This document shows positions 63,590-64,000 of a DNA stretch of 64,000 nt, one piece after another. Made by a program: the position numbers and the translations under genes. The DNA is taken from assembly GCA_021831785.1 (NCBI GenBank), contig JAKBMB010000021.1, positions 8,633 to 72,632 on the forward strand. The letters run 5' to 3'. Under the pieces are notes generated by a model. That model worked only from the letters and a program-made list of their open reading frames with translations. It did not search any database and was not told where the DNA came from. The DNA is from Deltaproteobacteria bacterium. Lineage in GTDB: Bacteria; Desulfobacterota; Binatia; Binatales; Binataceae. Numbering within the stretch: the stretch's first letter is position 1; each line of letters opens with the position of its first letter.

Positions 63590-63967
63590 TCAGGTCGCCT
63601 GGTTGGGGCCCGCGGTCAAGTTTTGCCGATTCTGGCGGGACCGCCGATGACGGTAGCCGGAAAGCGTCTTGAAGCTGTCGCCCAAGCCGTGGCGCCACAT
63701 CATCCGGTAAAGCGTGGAGCGCGAAACGCCGAGCAGCGAAGCGGCAAGGCAGCGATTGCCTTTGCTCTCGCGCAGCGAACGAAGCAGAGCCTGTTTGATG
63801 TTCTCTTCAAATGAAAGGCTGAAGGCTGCTTCATGCTCCGCAGTTTCAGCAAAAGCCTCGCTGAGCCCTAAATTTGTTCGGCTCCCGCCGGTCGGTGCCT
63901 CCCTGAGACCACCGCGCAGACCACCGTGACTTATCGGCACGCGGTTAGATGAGGGCTGTTCGGGCAT
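63590..63967 (-). CDS. small Fis-type HTH DNA-binding protein
   Basis: IKQALLRSLRESKGNRCLAASLLGVSRSTLYRMMWRHGL is the HTH_8/Fis-type motif usually found at the C-terminus of NtrC-like regulators. Here it stands alone. Confidence 0.65.
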   Translation of the reverse strand: MPEQPSSNRVPISHGGLRGGLREAPTGGSRTNLGLSEAFAETAEHEAAFSLSFEENIKQALLRSLRESKGNRCLAASLLGVSRSTLYRMMWRHGLGDSFKTLSGYRHRRSRQNRQNLTAGPNQAT

Positions 63968-64000
63968 CAGATTAGACGCCGCGGGCGCGGGTTGGCTCAG

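Noticed and set aside
1-64000. CRISPR arrays, rRNA and tRNA genes, prophage or conjugation modules, classical defence systems
   Set aside because: I saw no regularly spaced repeats, no tRNA-like T-arm (GGTTCGAAT-type) contexts, no rRNA signatures, and no large nuclease, helicase or methylase genes while reading the ORF set. A proper tRNAscan/Infernal run is still needed to confirm.

Overview
64-kb high-GC segment from an unidentified Gram-negative bacterium (LptB, a TonB-dependent receptor and HldE are present). No database search was possible. All family calls rest on motifs I recognise in the supplied or hand-made translations. No rRNA, tRNA or CRISPR array was seen. Left to right: nadC (partial); an MFS transporter and a DsbA-like gene; a 3.7-kb patch of insertion-sequence (IS) wreckage (IS21, IS630 and IS5-family) carrying a low-GC LivK-like binding protein and flanked by a 33-bp direct repeat; yjbQ, lptB and ggt; a type III PKS plus ICMT-type methyltransferase pair; two toxin-antitoxin (TA) modules; REP-like repeat clusters; an AceE-like E1, a TonB-dependent receptor and a 2-hydroxyacid dehydrogenase; a complete urease operon ureABCEFGD; envelope and sugar-nucleotide genes (SLT, Wzz-like, hldE, gmd, cupin); and mazEF. 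The most interesting part follows: a co-directional run amiC-amiR-(promoter/terminator leader)-amiE, then a lower-GC block. That block encodes two large paralogues with the tubulin signature GGGTGSG and a shared C-terminal C-x3-C-x-C motif, two copies of a ~100-aa protein, a COG0523 metallochaperone GTPase, a thioredoxin-like [2Fe-2S] ferredoxin, a NiCoT Ni/Co permease and a radical SAM enzyme. An IS5-family remnant caps the block. Its gene order mirrors nitrile-hydratase clusters (amidase, two subunits, COG0523 activator, NiCoT cobalt permease), but the subunits are replaced by tubulin-signature proteins. I flag it as the candidate undescribed system. The window ends with a second yjbQ-like gene, fabF-fabH, an ArsA-like ATPase, small enzymes, and a MocA/XdhC/DUF169 group.
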